This document shows positions 9,320 through 18,403 of a DNA stretch of 64,000 nt, one piece after another. Under the pieces are notes generated by a model that saw only the letters and a program-made list of their open reading frames with translations, ran no database searches and was not told the origin of the DNA. Within the stretch, counting starts at the first letter, position 1; every line of letters begins with the position of its first letter. This DNA comes from Erysipelotrichaceae bacterium (GTDB lineage: Bacteria; Bacillota_I; Bacilli_A; Erysipelotrichales; Erysipelotrichaceae): assembly GCA_016280635.1 (NCBI GenBank), contig JAEEHC010000059.1:6787-70786 (forward strand), given 5' to 3'. The position numbers and the translations under genes are program-made.

Positions 9320-10360
9320 ATGTTCAACAGGAATCTTAAGTACTATCGCTTGAAAAACCAGCTTTCAAAGAAGGAACTTGCCGAGAGAATCAATGTTTCC
9401 GCCATGGCCATAACCAATTATGAGAATGGTTCCCGCATGCCCAACATGGAGATCATGTCTGCGCTTGCGGCTGCCTTGGGGATTCGGGTGTCTGATTTCC
9501 TGACCGTTCGTAACGAAGACCTGGTCTTTCAGCATGCTGAATTCCGAAAGACCTCGTCACTGTCACAGCAGCAACAAGAATATATCAGAGAGAGCTCGGA
9601 AGAATACTTCAACCGCTTCATGACGATTGTTGAAATACTTGGTGGCGAAGTATTGCCTGCTGCCCCGACCTGTCATGTCCTTACCCTATCTGAAGACAGC
9701 GAGAAAAACGCGGCTTCATTAAGATCACATCTTGGTTTTTCTCTTGACGGGCCGATTGAAGATATGATCGGAAAACTGGAAAACAAAGGAATTCTCGTAT
9801 TTGAGTGTCCGGTTGAAAACCCGAAATTCTCCGGCATGAATGGAACGGTAAACGGAAGGCCTTTTATCGTTTTAAATCCGGGAATGAGCACTGAACGCAA
9901 TCGTTCTACTGCCGTACATGAACTTTCGCACCTAATGTTCAATTGGCCCAAGGACATGTCAGAGAAGGAAATCGAGAATCAGGCAACCGCAATTGGTGGA
10001 GCCTTTCTGTTCCCCAGAAATGATGTCATCAGGGAACTGGGCGTAAAACGCAGCGCGATAACCAGAGACATGGTAATTGTCGCAAAGGAATACGGCATCT
10101 CCATGATGCTGCTGGTCATGCGGGCCAGATTATGCGGCATCATTTCCGAATCAGTAGCCAGGCACTTTTACATGCAGGCCGCAAAAGCCGGATGGCGGAC
10201 CGCAGAGCCGACGCGAATTGAGCCCGAACGCCCCACGCTGTTTGAGCAGTTGGTTTACCGGGCGGTAAATGAAGAGGAGATCAGCGTTCAGCGCGGTGCC
10301 GAACTGCTTCATTGTTCCTATACGGAGATCCTTGCCATGAGAAGCATCAGCGAGGCCTGA
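9320..10360 (+). CDS. XRE-family HTH fused to ImmA/IrrE (COG2856) zinc metallopeptidase domain
   Basis: I chose the start at 9320 because of a strong AAGGAGG RBS. The HTH is LKNQLSKKELAERINVSAMAITNYENG. The HEXXH motif sits in AVHELSHLMF. Confidence 0.85.
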   Translation: MFNRNLKYYRLKNQLSKKELAERINVSAMAITNYENGSRMPNMEIMSALAAALGIRVSDFLTVRNEDLVFQHAEFRKTSSLSQQQQEYIRESSEEYFNRFMTIVEILGGEVLPAAPTCHVLTLSEDSEKNAASLRSHLGFSLDGPIEDMIGKLENKGILVFECPVENPKFSGMNGTVNGRPFIVLNPGMSTERNRSTAVHELSHLMFNWPKDMSEKEIENQATAIGGAFLFPRNDVIRELGVKRSAITRDMVIVAKEYGISMMLLVMRARLCGIISESVARHFYMQAAKAGWRTAEPTRIEPERPTLFEQLVYRAVNEEEISVQRGAELLHCSYTEILAMRSISEA

Positions 10361-10891
10361 TTGATGCAATTCATCAGCAGCGATACCAGTGTCTGGATTG
10401 ATTTTTCGCTTATCCACAACACCACTCTCCCCTTTCGCCTTTCCTATACTTATGTCATGAGCAGGGACGCCGTTGAAGACGAGCTCCTTTCACCTGAAGG
10501 TTTAGGAGCTGAGTTGATGTCCTGCGGCCTGCGTCCCGTCGACATAACCATTGATGAATTCCTGCTTGCCGAGCAATATGGCATCAGATACCCCCAGCTT
10601 TCCAAATATGACCGTCTGGCATTATCAATCGCCAAACAGCGCCGCTTCATTCTTCTGACCGGAGATGGCGCCCTGCGGAAGGCTGCTCTTCAGCAGGGCG
10701 TTACCATCTTGGGGACTCTTGGCATTCTAGATCAGCTTTGGGAAGAAGGAAAGGTTACGGCAGAAGAATTGCTAGAGTGCCTCAAGCAGCTTAATGCCCT
10801 CAATGGCGGAGTGATAAGACTGCCCAAGGCTGAACTGGAACGGCGATTAGCCCAGTTCACCAATGAGACCCAACTGCCTAATAAAAGCTAA
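10361..10891 (+). CDS. PIN-domain (DUF3368-like) nuclease
   Basis: It abuts the stop of the XRE-ImmA gene. Acidic PIN positions are SDTSVWIDF and ILLTGDGALRKAA. The C-terminal GTLGILDQLWEEG tail is DUF3368-like. Confidence 0.7.
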   Translation: MMQFISSDTSVWIDFSLIHNTTLPFRLSYTYVMSRDAVEDELLSPEGLGAELMSCGLRPVDITIDEFLLAEQYGIRYPQLSKYDRLALSIAKQRRFILLTGDGALRKAALQQGVTILGTLGILDQLWEEGKVTAEELLECLKQLNALNGGVIRLPKAELERRLAQFTNETQLPNKS

Positions 10892-10926
10892 AGGCCTTCG
10901 GTTATCAAGTCCGAAGGCCTTTTATC
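10891..10926 (+). terminator. Terminator after the PIN gene
   Basis: 11-bp perfect stem AAGGCCTTCGG / CCGAAGGCCTT followed by a T-rich tail. Confidence 0.7.
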
Positions 10927-10983
10927 TTGTTTCAAAATCAAAGCAGGCACAAATCATCAAGGCTTGTGAACTCCTTAAGGTAT

Positions 10984-11928
10984 TCACTCACTCTCTTCTT
11001 TGGCCATGGCTTCCTGAGCAGCCTGTTCAGCTTTGGCCTTGCGCTTTTCCGCCTTAGCCTTTCGGCGGGCCTTGATCTCCTTGGCCTTCTGAAGCATCTC
11101 GTTCTGCCGCTGACGCAGTTCTTCCTTTTCAACCTTGCGCTGCTGCTGGGCCATCTCGGCCATTTCCGCCTCGCTTTCCGGCAGTTTCTTATGGTCAAGG
11201 AACCAGTTGTACGCCAGACAGACAGTCTCAACGTCATCGCTGAAGGCGATCTGTTCGCCCTTGTTCAGCCAGAGCACCTTATTGCTCATTCTTCTGATCT
11301 GGGCGATGGAGTGGGATACCAGAATAGTGGTGGCCCCATTGGCGATGATGCTGCGCATCTTTTCTTCGCTCTTCTTGCGGAAGGCGCCGTCGCCAACCGA
11401 GAGCACCTCATCCAGAATCAGAATGTCCGGCTGGATCAGACAGGCAATTGAGAAGGCCAGTCGGCTCTTCATGCCGCTGGAAAGCTGACGGAAGGGGGTA
11501 TCCTCAAAGCCCTGCAGCTCGGCAAAGCCGATGATCTCATCGTATTTCTCATTCATGAACTGCCGGCTGTAGCCCAGCATGGCTCCCCTGAGATAGGTGT
11601 TTTCCTTTACCGTCAGATCAGGGTCAAAGCCGCTGGAAAGCTCCAGCAGGGCGGCAATTTTTCCTCTCAGTTTGATTGTTCCCTCACTGGGAGAGAGAAT
11701 GCCGGAAATGGCCTTCAGAAGTGTGCTCTTGCCGGCACCGTTGGTGCCGATGATTCCCAGCATGTCGCCGTCTTCCAGGTTAAAAGTGATGTGCTTATCC
11801 GCCCAGAACTCATGGACCAGATACTGGCCCTTCAGTTTCTTGATGAAGTAATCCTTCATCCCCATGTTCTTGATGTCACCGGTCAGATACCTGACCGATA
11901 CGTTTTCTACTCTCAGTCTTACAGCCAT
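10984..11928 (-). CDS. tagH: Teichoic-acid/polysaccharide ABC exporter ATP-binding protein (TagH-like) with K/E-rich C-terminal tail
   Basis: Walker A GTNGAGKST, signature LSSGMKSRL, Walker B ILILDE. It is adjacent to an ABC-2 permease. Confidence 0.88.
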   Translation of the reverse strand: MAVRLRVENVSVRYLTGDIKNMGMKDYFIKKLKGQYLVHEFWADKHITFNLEDGDMLGIIGTNGAGKSTLLKAISGILSPSEGTIKLRGKIAALLELSSGFDPDLTVKENTYLRGAMLGYSRQFMNEKYDEIIGFAELQGFEDTPFRQLSSGMKSRLAFSIACLIQPDILILDEVLSVGDGAFRKKSEEKMRSIIANGATTILVSHSIAQIRRMSNKVLWLNKGEQIAFSDDVETVCLAYNWFLDHKKLPESEAEMAEMAQQQRKVEKEELRQRQNEMLQKAKEIKARRKAKAEKRKAKAEQAAQEAMAKEESE

Positions 11929-11942
11929 GATGCGTGCCTCCG

Positions 11943-12710
11943 CTACATGTAGTAGAGGAACCGGGTATTGTACCGGTCATAGAGATAGGCGCCCAGAGCG
12001 ATCACAAACAGTGCGTTGAAGAAGATCAGCGCGTGCAGCCACAGCGGCGGAATGACGCCGTCGATCACCACGGAACGGAAATAGTAGATGAAGCAGTACA
12101 GCGGGTTGATGAAGAAGCGCTGCTGAATCGCCGGGGCGAACTGCTTGTAGTTATAGAAGATCGCCGACATGTAGGAAATCAGCCGGCAGACCACATCATA
12201 GAAGTAACCGAGATCCCGGAAGAAGGTGTAAAGGGCGGACAGCACGAAGCCGACGCCGATGTTGAACACCAGCAGCATCACGATCGGATACAGCAGGGTC
12301 ACAAACTTCCAGCTGATCTGCAGACCGTCGATCTTCACAAAAAGCAGATAGACGACCAGATTGAGCAGGAAACTGATGAAGACCTGCACGTTCTTGGCCA
12401 GAACAAACAGGTACTTGGGCACATTGACCTTCTCAATGATCCGGGCATTCTGCCGCAAGGCCCTCATGCCGTTCTTGGTCGAATCGGAGAAGTAGTTGAA
12501 AAGGACATAGCCGGAAAGCAGGTAGGTGGTATAGTGGGGTACCGTACGCCCGAAGAACTCGATGAAGACCGTCCGCATGACCAGAAACATCAACAAAGGA
12601 AGCAGGACACTCCACAACATGCCCAGCCAGGTTCCCTTGTATTTGGTCTTGAAATCTCTCTTTACCAGTTCTTCAAACAGGAACTGGTAGTTCTTCAGTT
12701 TCTTCAGCAT
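11943..12710 (-). CDS. tagG: ABC-2 type polysaccharide/teichoic-acid export permease (TagG-like)
   Basis: 255 aa with six predicted TM helices. The N-terminal LVKRDFKTKYKGTWLGMLWSVLLPL motif is typical of ABC-2 permeases. Confidence 0.88.
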   Translation of the reverse strand: MLKKLKNYQFLFEELVKRDFKTKYKGTWLGMLWSVLLPLLMFLVMRTVFIEFFGRTVPHYTTYLLSGYVLFNYFSDSTKNGMRALRQNARIIEKVNVPKYLFVLAKNVQVFISFLLNLVVYLLFVKIDGLQISWKFVTLLYPIVMLLVFNIGVGFVLSALYTFFRDLGYFYDVVCRLISYMSAIFYNYKQFAPAIQQRFFINPLYCFIYYFRSVVIDGVIPPLWLHALIFFNALFVIALGAYLYDRYNTRFLYYM

Positions 12711-12716
12711 CTTTTT

Positions 12717-14042
12717 CTATCTTTCCAGTATTTCCAGTATTCTGTCAACGATTCTTTCTGAGGAATGGCCGTCATCAATGCAGCCCTTTTCCTGCAGGAA
12801 TTCATCGACTTCTCTGACATATTTTTCCTGGTCAAAGGCCAGGATCCTTTCAGGCAGCTGTTCCATCGTCTCGGCGATCGGGAACGGTGTTGATTCGATC
12901 GGGTAGTAGAAACCGCGGCTGTTGGCGAAATCCTCAAGATCAAACTCGACGATGAAGGCCGGCTTGCGGCTCTCCATGTAGTCGAAGATCCAGCTGGAGT
13001 AGTCGGTCATGCCGGCATCGGCCGCAACCATCAGTTCCTGCATGTCCGGATAGCTGGTCACATTGCGCACCCGTTCGCTGTCCCGGTACCACACCTTCGC
13101 CTGCTTGATGAGGCGGTTATGCAGTCTAATCAATATCAGCCACTTGCCGCCGAAGCGCTCGTGCAGGGCCTTCAGGAGGTTTCTGACCTCGGATAGTTCC
13201 ATCTTCTTATCGTTTACTCCTTCCCGATGGGTCGGAGCGATCAGAAAGAGCTTGTATGAGGGGTCGATGTTCAGGCTGCGGCAGACCCTTTCGCGGATCT
13301 GTTTCTGAGTCTTCTTATCATAGTGGAAGACATCATTGCGGGCATGGCCCAGCCTCAGCATCTCTACCTTATCCTTCCAGTAAGCCTGGCGGAAGACATC
13401 TTCCTCCCAGGGGCTGTTGGTCAGCACATAGTCGCATTTCCGCTGGACTTCGGAACTGACTTCGTCCCAATGGCGGCCCAGTACCACCGGACCGTCCAGC
13501 TTCTTGATGCCCAGGGAGCCGTGCCAGGTCTGGAAGAGGACCTGCTCAGCCTTCTTGGGAACGTCGAGCTGTTCAACGATGTTGGTATTTTCAATGATGA
13601 CCTTGGCACTGGCCAGCTGCCGGTAGAAATCCTGGCTCAGGTGTTTGGTAAATCTCATGTTCAGCGGGTATTCGGAATCCAGATGGGGTTTCTTAATGTC
13701 CCAGACCATCTCGACATCCTTGTTGCGCCGAGCCAGTTCCTCGGCGATGTACTTGGCGTTACAGGTATACTTGCCCTGGAAGGTCAGGAAAAGCACCTTG
13801 TTATCCTGTACCGGGATCTTCTTCATCTGGTGATGGCGGGCCCACTTCTTAATGAAGTGGTCAGGCAGCCGGGCTCCGATGCGCAGCAGCTTGTTAAACA
13901 GGCCCAGGATCTTAATTATGATCCTGACGATCAGCCTTAAAATGAAGGCAATGCCGCGGTGGATCAGCCCGAGTCCCGGACCGACCAGGCCCTTTTCAAT
14001 GGCCTTGCGGGAAATGCGTCCGTTTTTCATCTTGTCAGCCAT
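12717..14042 (-). CDS. CDP-glycerol (or CDP-ribitol) glycerophosphotransferase family protein (TagB/TagF-like)
   Basis: Family motifs QTWHGSLGIKK and LIAPTHRE, plus the C-terminal DYSSWIFDY block. Confidence 0.85.
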   Translation of the reverse strand: MADKMKNGRISRKAIEKGLVGPGLGLIHRGIAFILRLIVRIIIKILGLFNKLLRIGARLPDHFIKKWARHHQMKKIPVQDNKVLFLTFQGKYTCNAKYIAEELARRNKDVEMVWDIKKPHLDSEYPLNMRFTKHLSQDFYRQLASAKVIIENTNIVEQLDVPKKAEQVLFQTWHGSLGIKKLDGPVVLGRHWDEVSSEVQRKCDYVLTNSPWEEDVFRQAYWKDKVEMLRLGHARNDVFHYDKKTQKQIRERVCRSLNIDPSYKLFLIAPTHREGVNDKKMELSEVRNLLKALHERFGGKWLILIRLHNRLIKQAKVWYRDSERVRNVTSYPDMQELMVAADAGMTDYSSWIFDYMESRKPAFIVEFDLEDFANSRGFYYPIESTPFPIAETMEQLPERILAFDQEKYVREVDEFLQEKGCIDDGHSSERIVDRILEILER

Positions 14043-14044
14043 GC

Positions 14045-15250
14045 TTACACCTCCCTGGCCGTTTTCTTTTCGGCCTTGAGAATGTCGCAGAACTTCTGCA
14101 CATATTCCCTGGTCAGCTCTCTGAGACCTTCGCGCAGCTGCGGATCATGGCTGTCCTTGATCGCCTGCTCGATGGCATCGACCATTTTGGGGACATCCAG
14201 TTCGTTTTCGTCAAAGAAGTACTGCCGCTTGCCGATGATCTCGGAGAAGAAGCGGGTCTTGTCGTTCCAGATCAGTCCGACTACCGGCACATCCATGGCA
14301 TAGGAAATGATGCAGGCATGCAGTCTGGCACCGAAGGTGCAGGCCACGGAACTAAGGTAACGCATGTACTCTTCCGTTGAGGAGAAGGTCACCAGCTTAT
14401 CGCGCTGCTGGTAGCCCATGGACTTGAGCAGAGCCTTGCCGAAGGCATTATCAGCCTTCATGCCGTTGGAGAACAGCACCCACTCGATCCCCCGGCTGTC
14501 CAGTTCCCTTAACAGATGGCGGTAGAGGTTTTCCAGAGCCAGCGGGGTAAGCTTATTGCCATAGTCCTTGTAGACATTGCCCCTGATCAGGTTGACGGCT
14601 ACGATGTCACGGACGGTTTCTGCCCGGTGGATGTCATAGACATCCGGAGTCCACAGGGCCGGATCGCCGACCCGGCTGGTCAGGATGTCCTTATTGGTAA
14701 TGTAATTGTTGTTGAGGATGTCGATGTCGTCCCTGGTGGTGATCACCTTGACGCAGGAATCATTGATCATGCCCTTGAGTTTCTGGCAGCGGATGTCTTC
14801 TTCGTCGTAGCCTTCGATGCCGACCCCGTTCATCATGACCAGGGCGTTCTGCTGGCGGGCGATGGAGATGATCTGCTCGACATAGTAGTTGAGCCCCTGA
14901 GTACGGAACTTCAGAAAGCCGCCTCCGGCAAAGACCACGGCATCACAGCCCTTCAGCTTATCGGCAAAGTAGCGCTGGGCCTTCAGCTTCCACATCGTCT
15001 TCTCATACCAGTAGCGGAAACGGGTATGGCATTCATAGGAAAATAGATCCTTCTGAAAATGGATCATTACCCGGGCAATGAAAGCCCGCAAACGTCCATA
15101 CTTTTTTGCCGTTTCCATCGGCGGGTTGGCGTCGATTTCCACGATCATCGCCTTCGGCAGCATCTGCTTGAGCAGATGGATGGTCGAATAGCACAGCACG
15201 TTATCGCCGACGTTCTTGATGGAATACAAACCTACAACCGCAATTTTCAT
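14045..15250 (-). CDS. Polysaccharide pyruvyl transferase family protein
   Basis: 401 aa. MKIAVVGLYSIKNVGDNVL start, VFAGGGFLKF motif, and C-terminal FGARLHACI block typical of CsaB/WcaK-like pyruvyl transferases. Confidence 0.78.
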   Translation of the reverse strand: MKIAVVGLYSIKNVGDNVLCYSTIHLLKQMLPKAMIVEIDANPPMETAKKYGRLRAFIARVMIHFQKDLFSYECHTRFRYWYEKTMWKLKAQRYFADKLKGCDAVVFAGGGFLKFRTQGLNYYVEQIISIARQQNALVMMNGVGIEGYDEEDIRCQKLKGMINDSCVKVITTRDDIDILNNNYITNKDILTSRVGDPALWTPDVYDIHRAETVRDIVAVNLIRGNVYKDYGNKLTPLALENLYRHLLRELDSRGIEWVLFSNGMKADNAFGKALLKSMGYQQRDKLVTFSSTEEYMRYLSSVACTFGARLHACIISYAMDVPVVGLIWNDKTRFFSEIIGKRQYFFDENELDVPKMVDAIEQAIKDSHDPQLREGLRELTREYVQKFCDILKAEKKTAREV

Positions 15251-15299
15251 ACTTCCACACTCTTATTCCTTACTAATCAAATCAAATTCTTCCAATCAA

Positions 15300-15938
15300 T
15301 CAGAAATCAATGCTCAGTACATCTGAGCGCGCGCTTACATAGAGGTTGTTGCTGTTGGCTGCTTTGACACAATAGAAGTAAGTATGTCCGTTAAGGACAC
15401 TGCTGTCCACAAAACTCAACTCACGGATCCGATCAGAGACTTTTTCAAACTTTTCGCCATCTTCACTGCGGTAGACATAGTAATAGCCTGCCGAACTGAC
15501 CGGCTGCCAGCTGACCAGTACACCATCAGCCTGGGCCTGCACGGCAGTGATCTCAGGCTTAGCCAGCCATAAAACCTTGACGGACTCACTGGCCGGTCCG
15601 GTCCGATCGACAGTACAGCCATAGACGCGGTAATAATAGATCTTACCCGGTTCGACACCGTGGTCATCATATGATGCGGCTTCCGTATAATCATATACTT
15701 CCCAGCTGCCGCCCTTTTCCTTGCGGGCGATGCGGTAGTTTTCCGCTCCCTTGACCTTCTTCCAGCTGATCGCGATACCCTGCTCATGGATCTGAAAACT
15801 GACTTCCGGAGCCTTAAGATCGCCGCTGTCATCCTGGATGTAGGCAGGGTCGGTATTGACGCGGTAACAGATGTATCCGCTCATTAATAAAGAAAGGCAG
15901 CTGATGGCGAATAATAGTAAGCGGCGTAAATTCTTCAT
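15300..15938 (-). CDS. Membrane-anchored protein with two fibronectin-III-like repeats
   Basis: N-terminal hydrophobic anchor LLLFAISCLSLLMSGYICY. Two ~85-aa repeats each contain W..V.GA..Y.IxR and a YYYRVY / YFYCV strand. Confidence 0.6.
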   Translation of the reverse strand: MKNLRRLLLFAISCLSLLMSGYICYRVNTDPAYIQDDSGDLKAPEVSFQIHEQGIAISWKKVKGAENYRIARKEKGGSWEVYDYTEAASYDDHGVEPGKIYYYRVYGCTVDRTGPASESVKVLWLAKPEITAVQAQADGVLVSWQPVSSAGYYYVYRSEDGEKFEKVSDRIRELSFVDSSVLNGHTYFYCVKAANSNNLYVSARSDVLSIDF

Positions 15939-16025
15939 TTGCCTTTCCTTTCACATACTCTTACTTATAAATGATAACTTAAACAGAGTCATATTTCAAA
16001 CTGCCCTTGTCATTCCTTCAGCCAT

Positions 16026-16050
16026 GAGAAAAGGCGGACTTGCCGCCTTT
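16026..16050 (-). terminator. Rho-independent terminator inside the glycopolymer locus gap
   Basis: Stem AAAGGCGG / CCGCCTTT (16030-16037 / 16043-16050). On the minus strand it is followed by TTTTCTC. Confidence 0.6.
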
Positions 16051-16362
16051 ATCATCAGCCGTTTTTACCGGCTAGTTCTGGGTGTTTTCAAAGATGTGCA
16101 GGACCTGTTCGCATCCGTACAGCATCTCGGTCAGCAGGGCTCTGGTTCCCTTGGCCTTGGGCTGGAAGGTAGTGGCATCGCCAATGCTGGGGATGATGCG
16201 TTATCGTAGCACCTGATGACCGCCGTGTGGTTTTACTAATTTTTCTGACTATATCACAGCGTTTTTTTCGAAAGAATAAAAACTTCAAAAACAAAAACAG
16301 GATGACCTATCAGAAGGCAGATCATCCGTCACGTAATCCATGTCAGTATTCTTAAGGCCAGC

Positions 16363-17505
16363 TTACTTCAGGCAGAGCTGACGGATCAGCTCGCCCACTT
16401 CCTCAGCCGCTCTTCCGCTTTCCCGGATGCCGACGCTTTGATGATAACTGGCCAGCTTTTCGAGATAGGAAGATTCATCATAGTTCAGGATGTTTTGGCG
16501 CAGCTGCTCATTGTCATAAGCCGCCAGGGCCGGCCAGCTTGCCATGTCGCTGTAGAAGGTTCTTTCCTGGCTATATTCCTCAGCGTCCGGGCAATAGAGG
16601 AAGCAGGGACGCTTAAGCAGGGAATAATCCCAGATCGAAGAGGAGTAATCGGTAACCAGCACCTCGCTTATCATAAGCAGATCGTTCATCTCCGGATAAT
16701 CACTGACATCAACCGCCCCAGCTATCCCGGGCCGGTCAGTCAGATAGTAGTGCCAGCGCACCAACAGCTGCCACTGCCCGCCAAAGCGCTCGCCCAGACT
16801 CTTCAATAACAGCTCCACATCCAGCTTACGCATTTGAGAAGTCAGATCATTGCGGAAGGTCGGGGCGTAGAGAACAACGCGACGCCCATCCAACTTCAGC
16901 TTTTCGCGGATCTCCTGCTCTTCACCTGACTTTGGGTTTATCAGCCGGTCATTGCGCGGTAAGCCGCACTCCAGTATCTCCCCCTGATAGCGGAAGGATT
17001 CCCGGATGGTCTGTTGACTGAAGGCTTTTGACGAGGAGAGAAACCAGTCCGTTTCCCGCATCTTGTCCACGACATGCTGTTTTTCCAGTTGTCCGATATC
17101 CTTACGGAAGATGCCGACCTGCTTGAAGGTGCCGCCGCCGTGCCAGGTATTGATGACCTTCTGGCCGGGCCGGAAATGCAGGATGGACCAGGGTTCAACA
17201 TTATCAACGTACACCCGGCAGCTCAGGGCATGATAGAGATATCTCAAGGACTTGTATTTAACCGTTTTGATGCCTTGGGCTTTCAACTGCTGATGGCTTG
17301 CGGGATCAGTGAAGGCCCAGATGATCTCCAGCTGGCCGGGATAGCGCTTGATGAGGTATTCACTGACGGCCCGGGGGCTGTCGGAATACTGCCGGCCGGA
17401 AAAGGACTGGAAAAGCACCTTGTTTTTCTTCACGGCAAAAACGCTGAAAAGCTTCAGCGCGAACTTGATCATCCGTTCAATCTGATACTTGACCTTCAGT
17501 TTCAT
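16363..17505 (-). CDS. CDP-glycerol glycerophosphotransferase family protein (TagF-like), second copy
   Basis: Motifs NTWHGGGTFKQ, LYAPTFRND and VTDYSSSIWDY. Confidence 0.85.
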   Translation of the reverse strand: MKLKVKYQIERMIKFALKLFSVFAVKKNKVLFQSFSGRQYSDSPRAVSEYLIKRYPGQLEIIWAFTDPASHQQLKAQGIKTVKYKSLRYLYHALSCRVYVDNVEPWSILHFRPGQKVINTWHGGGTFKQVGIFRKDIGQLEKQHVVDKMRETDWFLSSSKAFSQQTIRESFRYQGEILECGLPRNDRLINPKSGEEQEIREKLKLDGRRVVLYAPTFRNDLTSQMRKLDVELLLKSLGERFGGQWQLLVRWHYYLTDRPGIAGAVDVSDYPEMNDLLMISEVLVTDYSSSIWDYSLLKRPCFLYCPDAEEYSQERTFYSDMASWPALAAYDNEQLRQNILNYDESSYLEKLASYHQSVGIRESGRAAEEVGELIRQLCLK

Positions 17506-17508
17506 AGC

Positions 17509-18399
17509 CTACTTCCTGACCAGATACTTTGTTCCCCGGTATCTGCGGTAGCTGTTATGCAGATCGACCATCACGACATCGTGCTTGGCCGTTCTTTCCT
17601 GTTCTTCAGGATACTTCATGTAATCGCCATATATGCGTCTCAAATAGTCGTCATAACCCACCGGTACCGGCATTTTCAAACCCTCAAAGTCCATTTCCCT
17701 TGTTTCAAAGCGGCCGCGGGGATGGCGGTAGAACAGGGCCCGGAAGGAGGTGACCAGTTCCTTGGCCCAGTTACTTGCGTCAAAGTCGTAACGGCTCATG
17801 GCCTTTTCGTGCTTCTTCCAGATCTTATAGCGCCTTTGGGGATCCTTCACCACGCCCAAAACCAGGGCGGTCGCTGCCTTAAGGAGCTTACCCTGATGAT
17901 CCGGCAGACGCTGAACATTGAAGATGCCGTACATCACCGAATGCCAGATCTGGCCCAGCCGGGCCAGAAGGCCGTCCGGACAGCCGTCAAAGGGCATGAT
18001 GTCAATGGAGATGCCGTGGCAGATGTCCTCATTGACGCTGTGGGTATTGATGAAGGTGGTATTGACATCGGCCAGCTGCATGTCAGTCTGGTGGATGTTG
18101 ACCTTCTCATTGCTGCGCAAAAGCGCATATTCGGTATTATTCCCCTTCTGAGGCCACAACTGATAAAGCCTTTCGTAGTCGCTGCGGGGCATAAAGACAT
18201 CAATGTCATCATCCCAGGGTATGAAGCCGTGATGGCGCACCGCGCCGATCAGCGTGCCGCCGCCGGCCCAGTAGCGCAGATTGTTTTCCCGACAGAAATC
18301 CTGGAAGCAACAGAAGATCTCCAGCATTTTCTGCTGGACATCCCTGATGGTTACTCCATCGGATATGACGATGCTGCCGTAATCCTTTTCTTCACTCAT
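17509..18399 (-). CDS. LicD-family phosphotransferase
   Basis: LRYWAGGGTLIGAVRHHGFIPWDDDIDVFMPRSDYERL is the LicD signature and contains DxD. Confidence 0.88.
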   Translation of the reverse strand: MSEEKDYGSIVISDGVTIRDVQQKMLEIFCCFQDFCRENNLRYWAGGGTLIGAVRHHGFIPWDDDIDVFMPRSDYERLYQLWPQKGNNTEYALLRSNEKVNIHQTDMQLADVNTTFINTHSVNEDICHGISIDIMPFDGCPDGLLARLGQIWHSVMYGIFNVQRLPDHQGKLLKAATALVLGVVKDPQRRYKIWKKHEKAMSRYDFDASNWAKELVTSFRALFYRHPRGRFETREMDFEGLKMPVPVGYDDYLRRIYGDYMKYPEEQERTAKHDVVMVDLHNSYRRYRGTKYLVRK

Positions 18400-18403
18400 G
18401 CTG

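Noticed and set aside
16088-16294. 68-aa ORF in the locus gap
   Set aside because: Its R/H/Q/T-rich composition is implausible and it has no RBS. Another frame of the same DNA gives a protein-like C-terminal fragment instead (see the finding on 15939-16362).
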